Positions 9,635-19,056 of a stretch of 64,000 nt of DNA are shown in pieces (positions within the stretch are counted from its first letter, which is position 1; each line of letters starts with the position of its first letter). The notes beneath the pieces are model-generated. The model ran no database searches. It had not been told where the DNA came from and worked only from the letters and a program-made list of their open reading frames with translations. Position numbers and translations under genes: made by a program. The DNA is from Patescibacteria group bacterium (GTDB lineage Bacteria; Patescibacteriota; JABMPQ01; JAQVVF01), in NCBI GenBank assembly GCA_041662665.1, contig JBAZSC010000002.1, positions 165,234 to 229,233 on the forward strand. The letters are read 5' to 3'.

Positions 9635-9820
9635 AGTTTTCTAGAGCTCTACCCCTTATCCGCCAAAATCCCGAAAATTTCGGGAATCAAACGGAGTTTC
9701 CCAAATGCTTAAGCTATTTGTAAGCTATGGGCAAGGGCGAACTCGTATTTATTTATATAAAATTTTTGTTTAAAAAATTTTTTTTACCTATTTTTAATTT
9801 CATCAAAAATTTTTATTGAC

Positions 9821-9880
9821 TTCTGCGTTTTTCGCGTCAGCTTCCGCATATTCCGCGTCAGCTTCTGCGTAGGTCTGCGG
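9821..9880. repeat. CGCGTCAGCTTC(C/T)GC tandem repeat just downstream of rpsF
   Basis: The sequence is ttctgcgtttttcgcgtcagcttccgcatattccgcgtcagcttctgcgtaggtctgcgg. Confidence 0.55.
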
Positions 9881-9883
9881 TTA

Positions 9884-10543
9884 TTAGTCAATTATGTCTT
9901 CTTCTAAAATTTTATCTAATTTTTTATCCAAATCAATTTCTTTTGATTCTTTCTTTTTCAAAGCTGGTTTTTCTTCCTTGTCCGCCGAAGCTTTAGCGAA
10001 GGCGGATTCTTCCTCTTTAACGTCAACAGGTTTTTCTTCCTTTTCTTTTTCTTCACCTTCAATCTTTTCTTCCTTGTCCGCCGGTTTGTCCACTGAAACT
10101 TTAGTGGAGGTGGAAGCTTTAGCGAAGGCGGATTTCTTTTCAACTTTTTCAGTTTTTTCTTCTTTCACTTCTTCTTTTGTTTCACCTTCACCTTCAACTT
10201 TTTCCTTATGTTCCTTGACTGCCGAAGCTTCAGCGGAGGCAGTAGCTTCTAATTTAACGTCTTTTTCTTGCTTTGTTACTAATATTCTGACGACATCCAT
10301 TTCATCAGCAACTTGATATCTAATCTTTTTAATTTTAGATGGATCAGCTTCAATCTTTGCAATAAAATAATATCCTTGGCTAAAATGTTTAATTTCATAA
10401 GCCAAATCTTTCATTCCCAAAAAATTTGATTCCAAAATTTTTGCATCAAACTTTGCTAAAATCTTTTCTAATTCTTGAGCCTTTTTTTCTGCTTGTTCAT
10501 CAGTCATTTTAGGAGACAAGAACATTGATAATTCGTACTTCAT
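9884..10543 (-). CDS. rpsF: 30S ribosomal protein S6 with a long Lys/Glu-rich C-terminal extension
   Basis: The N-terminal roughly 95 aa (MKYELSMFLSP...LAYEIKH..GYY...VVRILV) fit S6. The extension of about 120 aa contains three in-frame copies of the palindromic element encoding SAFAKAS-type peptides. The plus-strand ORFs 9894..10316 and 9958..10143 are shadows of this gene. Confidence 0.8.
   Translation of the reverse strand: MKYELSMFLSPKMTDEQAEKKAQELEKILAKFDAKILESNFLGMKDLAYEIKHFSQGYYFIAKIEADPSKIKKIRYQVADEMDVVRILVTKQEKDVKLEATASAEASAVKEHKEKVEGEGETKEEVKEEKTEKVEKKSAFAKASTSTKVSVDKPADKEEKIEGEEKEKEEKPVDVKEEESAFAKASADKEEKPALKKKESKEIDLDKKLDKILEEDIID
9981..10006. repeat. Palindromic element copy (TCCGCC-GAAGCTTTAGCGAAG-GCGGA) in frame in rpsF
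   Basis: Exact 26-mer also at 38264-38289; variants at 10077-10132, 10218-10241, 19057-19082 and 40655-40684. Confidence 0.7.
10077..10132. repeat. Nested palindromic element: outer TCCGCC...GCGGA interrupted by inner TCCACTGAAACTTTAGTGGA
   Basis: The sequence is tccgccggtttgTCCACTgaaactttAGTGGAggtggaagctttagcgaaggcgga. Confidence 0.6.
10218..10241. repeat. Palindromic element variant CTGCC-GAAGCTTCAGCGGAG-GCAG
   Basis: It encodes TASAEASAV in the rpsF tail. Confidence 0.55.
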
Positions 10544-10671
10544 AATGTAGTAAATTAAATCCTCCTTCGTCCTGCTGGACTACGGCGGATGCTAAAATTT
10601 GTATTTCTTATCTTATCACAAAAATCTGAATAATGCAAGGAAATTCGGTATTTTTTATTTTAGCGATAATT

Positions 10672-10944
10672 TTATTCCTTAAAAATTTTTCGTAGTTCAT
10701 CTTTTGCCTTATTTAAAACATTTTTCTGCTGTCCAGATAAGTTCCTTCCTGCTCGATTAATATAAAAATTCAACATCGACATCGCTGACTGAAATTCAGT
10801 TCCTTTTCTACGATTGCTTTTTTCCGCCGATTTTTTTAAAGATTCAGCAATTTTTTTAGGATCATTAAATGTAAAAACACCATCTTCTAAATCCAAAGCA
10901 TTACTTTCTTTTGTTACTTTGCCGGACCAATATTTTTTTGTCAT
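10672..10944 (-). CDS. DUF3175-family protein
   Basis: The product contains SAMSMLNFYINRAG and DLEDGVFTFNDPKKIAESLKKSAEKS, which are motifs characteristic of DUF3175. Confidence 0.6.
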   Translation of the reverse strand: MTKKYWSGKVTKESNALDLEDGVFTFNDPKKIAESLKKSAEKSNRRKGTEFQSAMSMLNFYINRAGRNLSGQQKNVLNKAKDELRKIFKE

Positions 10945-11183
10945 ACTTTTTTATTTTACATCCATCACTAGTTTTATTAATTTTATCAATTTTACTTATT
11001 TTACTCATACCATTCCATCCTGTTTTTACAAAAAGTTTGCCAGAACCTCTAAAAAATCTTTAAAAAAATTTAGACAATATTATTATATCAAATTGTTTTT
11101 AATTAACAAAAATATAATCTTTAAAATTAGTTCTTCTCTTGCAAAAAACAAGGAAATAAGCTAAAATTCAGTTTGAATCTAAA

Positions 11184-11230
11184 TATCTGTGTTATCTGTC
11201 ATAATCTGTAATTAATCTGTGTTAAATTTG
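11184..11230. repeat. ATCTGTG tandem array immediately upstream of ychF
   Basis: The sequence is atctgtgttatctgtcataatctgtaattaatctgtgttaaatttgtag. Confidence 0.7.
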
Positions 11231-11236
11231 TAGCTT

Positions 11237-12295
11237 ATGAAAATCGGTATCGTTGGTCTTCCAAACGTTGGCAAGTCAACACTTTTCAACGCTCTGACCA
11301 AAAAACAAGTTGACGCTTCAAATTATCCTTTTTGTACAATCGACCCAAATGTCGGTATTGTTAGCGTACCTGATGAAAGAATAGATCAACTAGTAAAAAT
11401 TGATCATCCTGCAAAAATCGTACCTGCAGTTGTAGAATTTGTTGATATTGCTGGTCTTGTTCGAGGTGCTCATAAAGGTGAAGGTCTTGGCAACAAATTT
11501 TTAACTCACATTAAAGAAGTTGACGCTATTGTCCATGTTCTAAGAAATTTTTCTGACAAAAATGTTACTCATGTTCATGGAAAAATCGACCCCAAAGAAG
11601 ATGCCGATACAGTTGAATTAGAATTGATTTTAGCTGATCTTGATCTTGTTTCAAAATTATTTGAACAAGCAAATAGAAATTCCAAATCAGGCGATAAAGA
11701 AATGATTGCCAGAGCATCAGCATTAGAAAAAATTAAATTAGCATTAGAAAAAAATGAGCTTGCAAGAAAAGTCACTTTAGAAAAAGATGAAAAAGATTCA
11801 ATCAGAGATGTTCAACTTTTAACAACCAAACCAATTCTGTATGTTTTAAATATTGATGAAAATGAAATTGGCAAAGAAATTAATTGTCCAAAACAACCTT
11901 GTATTCCAATTGCCGCTAAAATTGAATCAGAATTAGTTCAGTTATCAGCCGAAGAAGTTAAAGAATATTTACAAGAATATAATCTAAAAGAAACAAGCTT
12001 GAATAAATTTATCAAAGCATCATATGATCTTTTAGGTTTAATCACTTTTTTCACTTCTGGCATTACCGAAACTCATGCCTGGACAATCAAAAATGGTAGC
12101 AATGCACAACAAGCTGCTGGCAGAATCCATACTGATTTTTATAATAAATTTATTCGAGCTGAAATTATTTCGTTTGACGATTATGTATCTTCAGGCGGAG
12201 AATCAAAAGCCAAAGAAAAAGGCAAAATGAGAGTTGAAGGCAAAGACTATATTATCAAGGATGGCGATGTCGCCTATTTCAGAATTGGTCAGTAA
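11237..12295 (+). CDS. ychF: Ribosome-binding ATPase YchF (Obg-family GTPase)
   Basis: The G1 motif GIVGLPNVGKSTLFNALT, a coiled insert and a C-terminal TGS-like domain are present. Confidence 0.9.
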   Translation: MKIGIVGLPNVGKSTLFNALTKKQVDASNYPFCTIDPNVGIVSVPDERIDQLVKIDHPAKIVPAVVEFVDIAGLVRGAHKGEGLGNKFLTHIKEVDAIVHVLRNFSDKNVTHVHGKIDPKEDADTVELELILADLDLVSKLFEQANRNSKSGDKEMIARASALEKIKLALEKNELARKVTLEKDEKDSIRDVQLLTTKPILYVLNIDENEIGKEINCPKQPCIPIAAKIESELVQLSAEEVKEYLQEYNLKETSLNKFIKASYDLLGLITFFTSGITETHAWTIKNGSNAQQAAGRIHTDFYNKFIRAEIISFDDYVSSGGESKAKEKGKMRVEGKDYIIKDGDVAYFRIGQ

Positions 12296-12300
12296 AACAG

Positions 12301-12420
12301 AAGAATCTTGAATTTAGAATCTAGAATCTTAAATAGAATATGGAATAAAGAATTTAGAATTCTCTATTCTCTATTCTAAATTCATTCTAAATTCAAGATT
12401 CCAGATTCTAAATTCTTATA
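12301..12420. repeat. AT-rich imperfect palindrome built from AATTTAGAAT/TCTAAATTC units (ychF-efp intergenic region)
   Basis: The left half gaatttagaatctagaatcttaaatagaat is the reverse complement of a right-half segment attctatt...tctaaattc. Confidence 0.6.
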
Positions 12421-12439
12421 AATATTTAATTCAAAATTT

Positions 12440-12997
12440 ATGTTAAGCATGAACGATCTAAAATCAGGAACAATTATTGATTACGAAGATCAACCTTACG
12501 AAGTTTTATCCAAAGACTTTGTTAAAAATGCTCAAAGACGTCCAGTAATGTTTACCAAATTAAAAAACTTAATTTCTGGAAAAATCATTGAACATTCTTT
12601 CCAACAAAGCGATCGCTTGAATGAATCTGACGTTACCAAAAAAGACGCTCAATATATGTATGAAGACAATGGCAATTATAATTTCATGGACAGCGAGACT
12701 TATGAACAATTCTCTTTAGCCAAAAATATTCTAGGCAACAAAACTGATTTTTTATTAGAAAATGGCACAGTAAAAATTGTTTATTATAACAATGATCCAA
12801 TTAACATTGAATTACCTATTAAAATGGAATTCAAAATTATTGAAACTGCTCCAGGCGTAAAAGGAAATTCTGCAACAAACGCCATGAAAGAAGCAACAAT
12901 AGAGACTGGCAAAAAAATTCAAGTTCCATTATTCGTCAAAGAAGGAGATTTGATCAGAATTGATTCTAGAACTGGTGAATATTTGGAAAGAGTTTAA
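12440..12997 (+). CDS. efp: Elongation factor P
   Basis: The 185-aa product has three OB/KOW-like domains, and the N-terminus NDLKSGTIIDYEDQPYEV is typical of EF-P. The true start may be the Met at 12449. Confidence 0.9.
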   Translation: MLSMNDLKSGTIIDYEDQPYEVLSKDFVKNAQRRPVMFTKLKNLISGKIIEHSFQQSDRLNESDVTKKDAQYMYEDNGNYNFMDSETYEQFSLAKNILGNKTDFLLENGTVKIVYYNNDPINIELPIKMEFKIIETAPGVKGNSATNAMKEATIETGKKIQVPLFVKEGDLIRIDSRTGEYLERV

Positions 12998-13016
12998 TAT
13001 TATAAAATAATCAAAA

Positions 13017-13046
13017 CAAAACCGAGCCTCAACACTCGGTTTTTTA
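13017..13046 (+). terminator. Rho-independent terminator after efp
   Basis: A hairpin AAACCGAG-CCTCAACA-CTCGGTTT is followed by a T-run. Confidence 0.6.
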
Positions 13047-13129
13047 ATATCCGTAATTTCCGAATATCCGAATATCTTAATTTCCGTCAGTACTTTATGG
13101 ACTTTAAAAACTTTATGAACTTTAGAAAC
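13041..13129. repeat. Composite tandem repeats: ATATCCGAAT family followed by AACTTTA(A/T)AA family (downstream of recA)
   Basis: atatccgtaatttccgaatatccgaatatcttaatttccgtc ... actttatggactttaaaaactttatgaactttagaaactt. ATATCCGAAT-family arrays also occur at 20911-20945, 25291-25330 and 44621-44650. Confidence 0.65.
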
Positions 13130-14188
13130 TTAGTCAACTTTCGCTGCTTTAATCAAGTCCCAAATTTTCTTTTCAATCATATTTGCAACTTTTGGATTAT
13201 CTCGCAAAAATTGTTTTGAAGCTTCTCTACCTTGACCCAATTGCGCTTTATCAAAAGTATACCAAGATCCAGACTTGCCCAAAACTTTGTAAACAACTCC
13301 AGTATCCAATAAATCACCAACTCTTGAGATTCCTTCATTATACATAATATCAAATTCTGTCGTCTGAAATGGCGGAGCAACTTTATTTTTAACAATTTTT
13401 ACTTTCACTCTATTTCCAATAATTTTATCATTCATTTTAATTTGAGCTGCTCTTCTTAATTCAATTCTCACTGAAGAATAAAATTTCAATGCTTTTCCAC
13501 CAGTTGTTTCTTCTGGATTGCCAAACATCACACCAATCTTCATTCTTATTTGATTCAAAAATATTACTGTTGTTTTTGAACTAGAAATTGCAGCTGTTAA
13601 TTTTCGAAGAGCTTGCGACATTAATCTTGCATGCAAACCCATATGAGAATCACCCATATCGCCTTCAATTTCTGCGCGCGGAGTCAAAGCTGCTACAGAA
13701 TCGATTACAATTACATCAACTGCGTTTGATCGAACAAGAGTTTCAACAATTTCCAAAGCTTGCTCGCCTGTTTCTGGCTGAGAAATTAGCATATCATTAA
13801 TATTAATGCCAATTTTTTTTGCATAATCAGGATCCAAAGCATGTTCAGCGTCAACAAATGCCGCTAATCCGCCTTTTTTCTGAATATTAGCAATGATATG
13901 TTGTGCCAAAGTCGTCTTGCCAGAACTTTCCATACCAAAGATCTCAATAATTCTTCCTCTTGGCACTCCGCCAATTCCCAAAGCAATATCCAAAGAAATT
14001 GATCCAGTAGTAATTGCATCAATTTGCATTGTCTTTACTTCTCCTAACTTCATTATCGCTCCTTCACCAAAACGATCCTTAATCTGATCAATCGCTGATT
14101 CCACAGCCTTTGCCTTTCCCTCCATCGCACTACTTTTTTTTGCATCTTTCGCCATAAAATTAAATTGTTTAATTACTAAATTGCTCAA
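13130..14188 (-). CDS. recA: Recombinase RecA
   Basis: The Walker A motif [13 protein letters not shown] is present, and RecA L1/L2-loop context is conserved throughout. Confidence 0.95.
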   Translation of the reverse strand: MSNLVIKQFNFMAKDAKKSSAMEGKAKAVESAIDQIKDRFGEGAIMKLGEVKTMQIDAITTGSISLDIALGIGGVPRGRIIEIFGMESSGKTTLAQHIIANIQKKGGLAAFVDAEHALDPDYAKKIGININDMLISQPETGEQALEIVETLVRSNAVDVIVIDSVAALTPRAEIEGDMGDSHMGLHARLMSQALRKLTAAISSSKTTVIFLNQIRMKIGVMFGNPEETTGGKALKFYSSVRIELRRAAQIKMNDKIIGNRVKVKIVKNKVAPPFQTTEFDIMYNEGISRVGDLLDTGVVYKVLGKSGSWYTFDKAQLGQGREASKQFLRDNPKVANMIEKKIWDLIKAAKVD

Positions 14189-14224
14189 TTGTTAAATCGC
14201 TAAATTGTTAAAACAAACGAACAT

Positions 14225-14330
14225 CGCCAACAATTTAACAATTCAACAATTTAACATTTTTTAACTAGTCTAACTTATCTAACTCGTTTTTTACTTTACG
14301 AACTTTAAAAACTTTAAGAACTTTATAACT
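14225..14330. repeat. Composite repeat module: AATTGTTAAAT inverted units, then TAACTAGTCTAAC/TATCTAACTCG, then AACTTTAAAAACTTTAAGAACTTTATAACT (recA upstream region)
   Basis: The same three repeat families occur in combination at 48125-48215. AACTTTA units also occur at 13091-13129 and 32691-32740. TAACTAGTCTAAC units also occur at 521-560 and 44551-44590. Confidence 0.65.
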
Positions 14331-15375
14331 ATTTGATTTCTTTATCACGTACAACTTCACCTTCTTTTCCCAAAAATCCCAAATCTTTTCCATTCAAAAC
14401 AGCTTTTGTTTTATCTGCTTTTCCTGATGACACAAAAAACTTTTCTTTTGCTTTAAAAGTTTGCGAAGCATCAGGCAACATCATTCCAGAATAAATTAAT
14501 CTATCATCAGCCTTTATTTGTATCCAAGCTGCCTTGTCTACAACTGTAATTACTAATTCTGATTCTTGTTTTACAGGAGTTGTCGGTGTTTTATTTTTAT
14601 CTTTTGAATTAGGATCTTTTACAGGTTCTTCTTTTTTATATTCTCCTCTCAAAGCTAATTTTTCATTTTCTTTTTGTCTCTCCAAATCACCAGTCAATTC
14701 AACCATAATATTTCTCTTTACTTCCGTACTCTTACCGAATTTATTATTAGCAACGATTTTTAGAATATTCAATCCATCTTGCAAAGCAACAGTCTCTTTA
14801 AATTTTCCGCTTCCATCAACTTGAATCGGCTGATCATTTATTTTTACTTCTGCTTCCAAATCTGTTTCGCCAACCAAAACAATCACATCATCATTTACTG
14901 TTTTATCTTCAGATGGATCCAAAATTGTTAATACTGGCGGTTTTGACAATCCGCTTAATTGAAACCATATATACAAAAACATTACAAAAACAGCCAAACA
15001 GACTAAACAAATCTTTATCAATCTTGGCGTAATTACAAATGAATTAGACTTATATGATGACAATGGAGCGGGCTCTTTTGATTTCTTAATATTTTCCTGT
15101 ATTCCTCGCTCATTTTTATAAATATTTAATGCCGCTTGAAAATCAATTCCAACATAATTACAGTAGCTTCTCAAAAAACCTCTGACATAAACATCAGCCG
15201 GCAATTCACTGTATCTTCCTTCTTCCAAATATCTAATATATGTTTCTCGAACTCTAATACTTTGTGAAATTTCTTTTAACGTCAAATTAGCCTCTTCTCT
15301 TGCATTCTGCAATCTCTCGCCCAAAGTTTCGGCACTTTTCAGACGATGAGTAGTAAAACCTTCACCTAATTTCAT
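14329..15375 (-). CDS. rodZ: RodZ-like cytoskeleton protein (HTH-XRE, TM, extracellular domain)
   Basis: The N-terminal HTH is followed by the RodZ-type motif YVRGFLRSY, a single TM segment and a C-terminal DUF4115-like region. Confidence 0.65.
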   Translation of the reverse strand: MKLGEGFTTHRLKSAETLGERLQNAREEANLTLKEISQSIRVRETYIRYLEEGRYSELPADVYVRGFLRSYCNYVGIDFQAALNIYKNERGIQENIKKSKEPAPLSSYKSNSFVITPRLIKICLVCLAVFVMFLYIWFQLSGLSKPPVLTILDPSEDKTVNDDVIVLVGETDLEAEVKINDQPIQVDGSGKFKETVALQDGLNILKIVANNKFGKSTEVKRNIMVELTGDLERQKENEKLALRGEYKKEEPVKDPNSKDKNKTPTTPVKQESELVITVVDKAAWIQIKADDRLIYSGMMLPDASQTFKAKEKFFVSSGKADKTKAVLNGKDLGFLGKEGEVVRDKEIK

Positions 15376-15614
15376 AACAGATTATTATTACTTTCCTAAA
15401 CCAAAAAAATAAAAATGAAAAAAATATTTTTTTACGAACAAAGCTATTAACTTTTTTGATTAAAAAAGTTAATCAGCACCTTTTGGAAATATGACCCAAC
15501 AAAATTTAAAAATTAAGCTAATAAATTAATAAATAGTCACACTCATCATATCAAAACCTCAAAAGGTGCGGGCGAAATACTGCAGTGAGTAAAAAAATAA
15601 TTTTTTCATTAATT

Positions 15615-17903
15615 TCATAACTGATTGTTATTAAACTGTTTATTTGCTAATTCTTCTTTGCTTGGAAGTCCCATCGTATCACCTGGCGCAACTAAAATTT
15701 CTCTTGGCTTTGCACCATCAGCTTGTCCAACAATTCCTCTTTCTTCCAAAATATCTAAAAGTCGAGCAGCTCTCGCATAACCAACTCTCAATCTTCTTTG
15801 CAATAATGACGCTGAAGCCTTTCCTGACATTATAACAGTTTCTTTTGCTTCTTCATATAATTCGTCATCAACTTCACCCTCAACTGATATTCCTCCATTA
15901 GCCATCATTTTTTGTTGCTTTTGAACTATTGATTCATCATATTCTGGCTGTCCTTTATCTTTCAAATATTTAGTTACAGAATGGATATCTTTTTCAGTTA
16001 CAAATGACCCTTGAACTCTTCTTGGCTTACCAAGATCTGGAGAGATAAAAAGCATATCACCATTGCCTAATAATCTTTCCGCTCCACCAACATCAATAAT
16101 CGTCCTTGAATCAATTTGTGATGCTACTGCAAAAGCAATTCTCGCTGTAATATTAGCTTTAATTAAACCAGTAATAACATTAACTGACGGTCTTTGTGTT
16201 GCCAAAATCAAATGGATGCCAGTTGCACGAGCCATTTGCGATAATCTGACAATTGCTGCTTCAACCTCTTTAGATGCAACAGCCATCAAATCAGCCAACT
16301 CATCAATTACAACTACGATAAATGGCAATCGATCTTTTCCAGCCGAAGCATTATATGAATGAATATCTCTTTTTTTGCATTCTGCAAACAAAGTAAAACG
16401 TTTCTCCATTTCCGATACTGTCCAACGCAATGCATTAACAGTTTTATCAACTTCAGTAATTACTGGAGTTAATAAATGCGGAATATCTGCATAACTCGTC
16501 ATTTCTACTTTTTTTGGATCAACTAAAATCAATCTCAAATCATCAGGAGAATTTTGGTATAACAAACTCATAATAATCGTATTCAAACAGATTGACTTTC
16601 CAGAACCAGTTGCACCAGAAATCAAAAGATGAGGCATTTTATCAAGCTCGCAAACTGTTGGACTTCCTGCCACATTCCTACCCAAAACCATTGTTAAAGA
16701 AGATTTTGAACCAACAAATTCTTTGCTTTCTAAAACTTCTCTCAAACGAACAATCGCTACTTTCTGATTTGGCACTTCTACGCCAACCAATGATTTACCA
16801 GGAATTGGCGCTTCAAGTCTTATTGGATGTGCTGCAAGAGCCAATGCTAAATCATTATTCAAAGTAACAATTTGACTTAATTTTACTCCTTCGTCAGGCT
16901 TAAAAGTATATTGTGTAACTGTTGGACCGACATTAACTTCATGCATTTTTACATTAATATTGAAACTTTTCAAAGTCTGCTGAATTACTCTCGCATTATT
17001 CTTGACATCACCAGCCATTGGCGTAGTGCTTTGATTATTCAATAGATCAAGAGGATAAGGTTTCCAATCGCTCCATTTCTTTGAACGTATTATACTCTTT
17101 TTTGCTTTTCCATCTTCCATATTTTTCACTCGCAATTCTGAATTGCCTTCGCCTTCAACAGGTACAACAACTCTTTCGTTCATTCCTTTGATTGTTAATT
17201 CTCCTTCTATTGGCTGCTTATGTAATAATTTCAAAATAAATAATCTCAATTGCTTGAAACTTTCGATAACATCTTTCAAAGAAATATTAAAAGTCATTAT
17301 TGTTCCAATTGTAAAAATCGCCAGCAAAATCACTCCTGAAGCCCAAAATCCCATAAAAAGCTGCAATGGATAAGAAAAAACATAACCCAAATATCCTCCG
17401 CCAACTCCATCTTTTATTACGCCTAACGCTGCTTCTCCATTATATTTCACATGAAAAACTCCGCATAAACCAACTAACAACATTATTGATCCAATCAAAT
17501 TATATTTGCTGAAATTCGGCTCTTCCAACCTTTCTGATCTAAAAATTGCAATAGCTAAACCAATTAATAAAAATGGAAAAATATATGCTGGCCTGCCCAT
17601 TGCCTGCCTTAAGCCAATACTTAAAAAATGTCCCATTTTTCCAGCCATTCCAACTAATGCCAATAAACTTAAAATTCCAACAATAAAAAAGACAACCAGC
17701 ATAATGCCTCGAACGACTTCGGGCTGCATGCCAATATTAAACAAAAAACCCATTGAGCCTTTTCTTTTTCGCCCATGTATTTTTGGCGGTCTGCCTGGTT
17801 TTCTTTTTTGTTGCTTCAAAATTGAAGCTGGAATTATATTTTTCGCTTTTGGCGGACGTCCTCTTTGTGCCATTTTATTTTGTTTATTTTTATTTAATTT
17901 CAA
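15615..17903 (-). CDS. ftsK: DNA translocase FtsK/SpoIIIE
   Basis: N-terminal TM helices are followed by the motor-domain Walker A GATGSGKS and a C-terminal winged-helix gamma domain. Confidence 0.9.
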   Translation of the reverse strand: MKLNKNKQNKMAQRGRPPKAKNIIPASILKQQKRKPGRPPKIHGRKRKGSMGFLFNIGMQPEVVRGIMLVVFFIVGILSLLALVGMAGKMGHFLSIGLRQAMGRPAYIFPFLLIGLAIAIFRSERLEEPNFSKYNLIGSIMLLVGLCGVFHVKYNGEAALGVIKDGVGGGYLGYVFSYPLQLFMGFWASGVILLAIFTIGTIMTFNISLKDVIESFKQLRLFILKLLHKQPIEGELTIKGMNERVVVPVEGEGNSELRVKNMEDGKAKKSIIRSKKWSDWKPYPLDLLNNQSTTPMAGDVKNNARVIQQTLKSFNINVKMHEVNVGPTVTQYTFKPDEGVKLSQIVTLNNDLALALAAHPIRLEAPIPGKSLVGVEVPNQKVAIVRLREVLESKEFVGSKSSLTMVLGRNVAGSPTVCELDKMPHLLISGATGSGKSICLNTIIMSLLYQNSPDDLRLILVDPKKVEMTSYADIPHLLTPVITEVDKTVNALRWTVSEMEKRFTLFAECKKRDIHSYNASAGKDRLPFIVVVIDELADLMAVASKEVEAAIVRLSQMARATGIHLILATQRPSVNVITGLIKANITARIAFAVASQIDSRTIIDVGGAERLLGNGDMLFISPDLGKPRRVQGSFVTEKDIHSVTKYLKDKGQPEYDESIVQKQQKMMANGGISVEGEVDDELYEEAKETVIMSGKASASLLQRRLRVGYARAARLLDILEERGIVGQADGAKPREILVAPGDTMGLPSKEELANKQFNNNQL

Positions 17904-17982
17904 AAATCCTAAAAAATAGGGTTACCATTATTATACTATAATTAAACATTTACAACAATAAAAAATCGTAGATAAACTACGA

Positions 17983-19023
17983 TTAACCTCCATAAAAACA
18001 TAAAGGATCAGGACCTTGCAACATATTGCCATTATAAGCAGAAAATCTTTGTGCTAAACATCCTCCTTTACATGAATCCAACAAAACGCATTTTCTACAT
18101 TTACCTTTTAATCTTTTATAACCATAACTTTGGAATCTTCTAAATATATCAACCATTGGATGTTTTAGCCAAAAATATTCCAAATTATTTTCCAAAATAT
18201 TACCAAATGCCGGATATTTCATTGCCGAACAATATGTCACATCGCCATTTGCTCTAATCAAAATCTTTTCTTGACCAATATTACAACTTCTAATTGGAAA
18301 ACTTTCATCATAACTATATCGTCTATCAATGTTATGTCCTAATATCAAATCAAAACGTTGAGGTATCAAATAAGAGAAAAATCTTTGCGCGACTCTAAAT
18401 TGTTCTTGATTCAAAACTAATTCTGGATGATTTGCGCAACTGCCTTGAACAACCAATCTCAATAAGTGCCAGTTCTTTACTCCCAGATCTCTCAACAAAT
18501 CATACATCAAACCCAATTCAAGATAATTCACTGCCATTACAGTAGTATGCACTTCAACTTTTAATCCTCTTGCAACAGCTAAGGCAATACTTGCCATCAA
18601 CAAATCAAATGATCCTTCTAGTCCTGTCACTTTTTCATGCGTTTCTTTCATCCCATGCAAACTAAAAACTATTCTGTCATCTTTATGAGAATAACGTCTC
18701 CAAAAATCAAAGAAAGCTTCTTTCAAAGAAAACATTTTTCCTTTTTCATTTTTATAAATAGCGCTCGTCTGCAATCTTACAGAAAAACCAAATCGCCATG
18801 CATAAAGCATTAAATCAATACAATCTTTTCGCATCAAAAGCTCGCCTCCGCTAATCGTAAAAATACTTGCCCCAAGCCATTTTGCTTGTCTCAAAATATC
18901 CATTATTTCTGCCTGCGATAATTCTCTTTCAAAAGGCAAACCAGCATTTGAAGAACAATGAAGGCAACTTAAAGCACATTGATTTGTGATCTCAATTGAA
19001 ATTTCTTTCAATAGCCTTGGCAT
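17983..19023 (-). CDS. Radical SAM enzyme with C-terminal SPASM domain
   Basis: The CALSCLHCSS (Cx3Cx2C) motif is present. A C-terminal Cys cluster (CNIGQ...YCSAMKY...CRKCVLLDSCKGGCLA) is typical of SPASM auxiliary Fe-S domains. A strong RBS (AAAGGAGGGAGA) precedes the gene. Confidence 0.8.
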   Translation of the reverse strand: MPRLLKEISIEITNQCALSCLHCSSNAGLPFERELSQAEIMDILRQAKWLGASIFTISGGELLMRKDCIDLMLYAWRFGFSVRLQTSAIYKNEKGKMFSLKEAFFDFWRRYSHKDDRIVFSLHGMKETHEKVTGLEGSFDLLMASIALAVARGLKVEVHTTVMAVNYLELGLMYDLLRDLGVKNWHLLRLVVQGSCANHPELVLNQEQFRVAQRFFSYLIPQRFDLILGHNIDRRYSYDESFPIRSCNIGQEKILIRANGDVTYCSAMKYPAFGNILENNLEYFWLKHPMVDIFRRFQSYGYKRLKGKCRKCVLLDSCKGGCLAQRFSAYNGNMLQGPDPLCFYGG

Positions 19024-19056
19024 TTCTCTTCTCCCTCCTTTGTCCCATCAACTTTG

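Noticed and set aside
9894-10316. Plus-strand Ser-rich ORF of 140 aa, and the minus-strand ORF 9958..10143
   Set aside because: These are low-complexity frames created by the K/E-rich, repeat-containing tail of rpsF. The S6 frame is the real one.
10814-11164. Plus-strand ORF of 116 aa
   Set aside because: It is antisense to the DUF3175 gene and extends into AT-rich intergenic DNA. The composition is hydrophobic junk.
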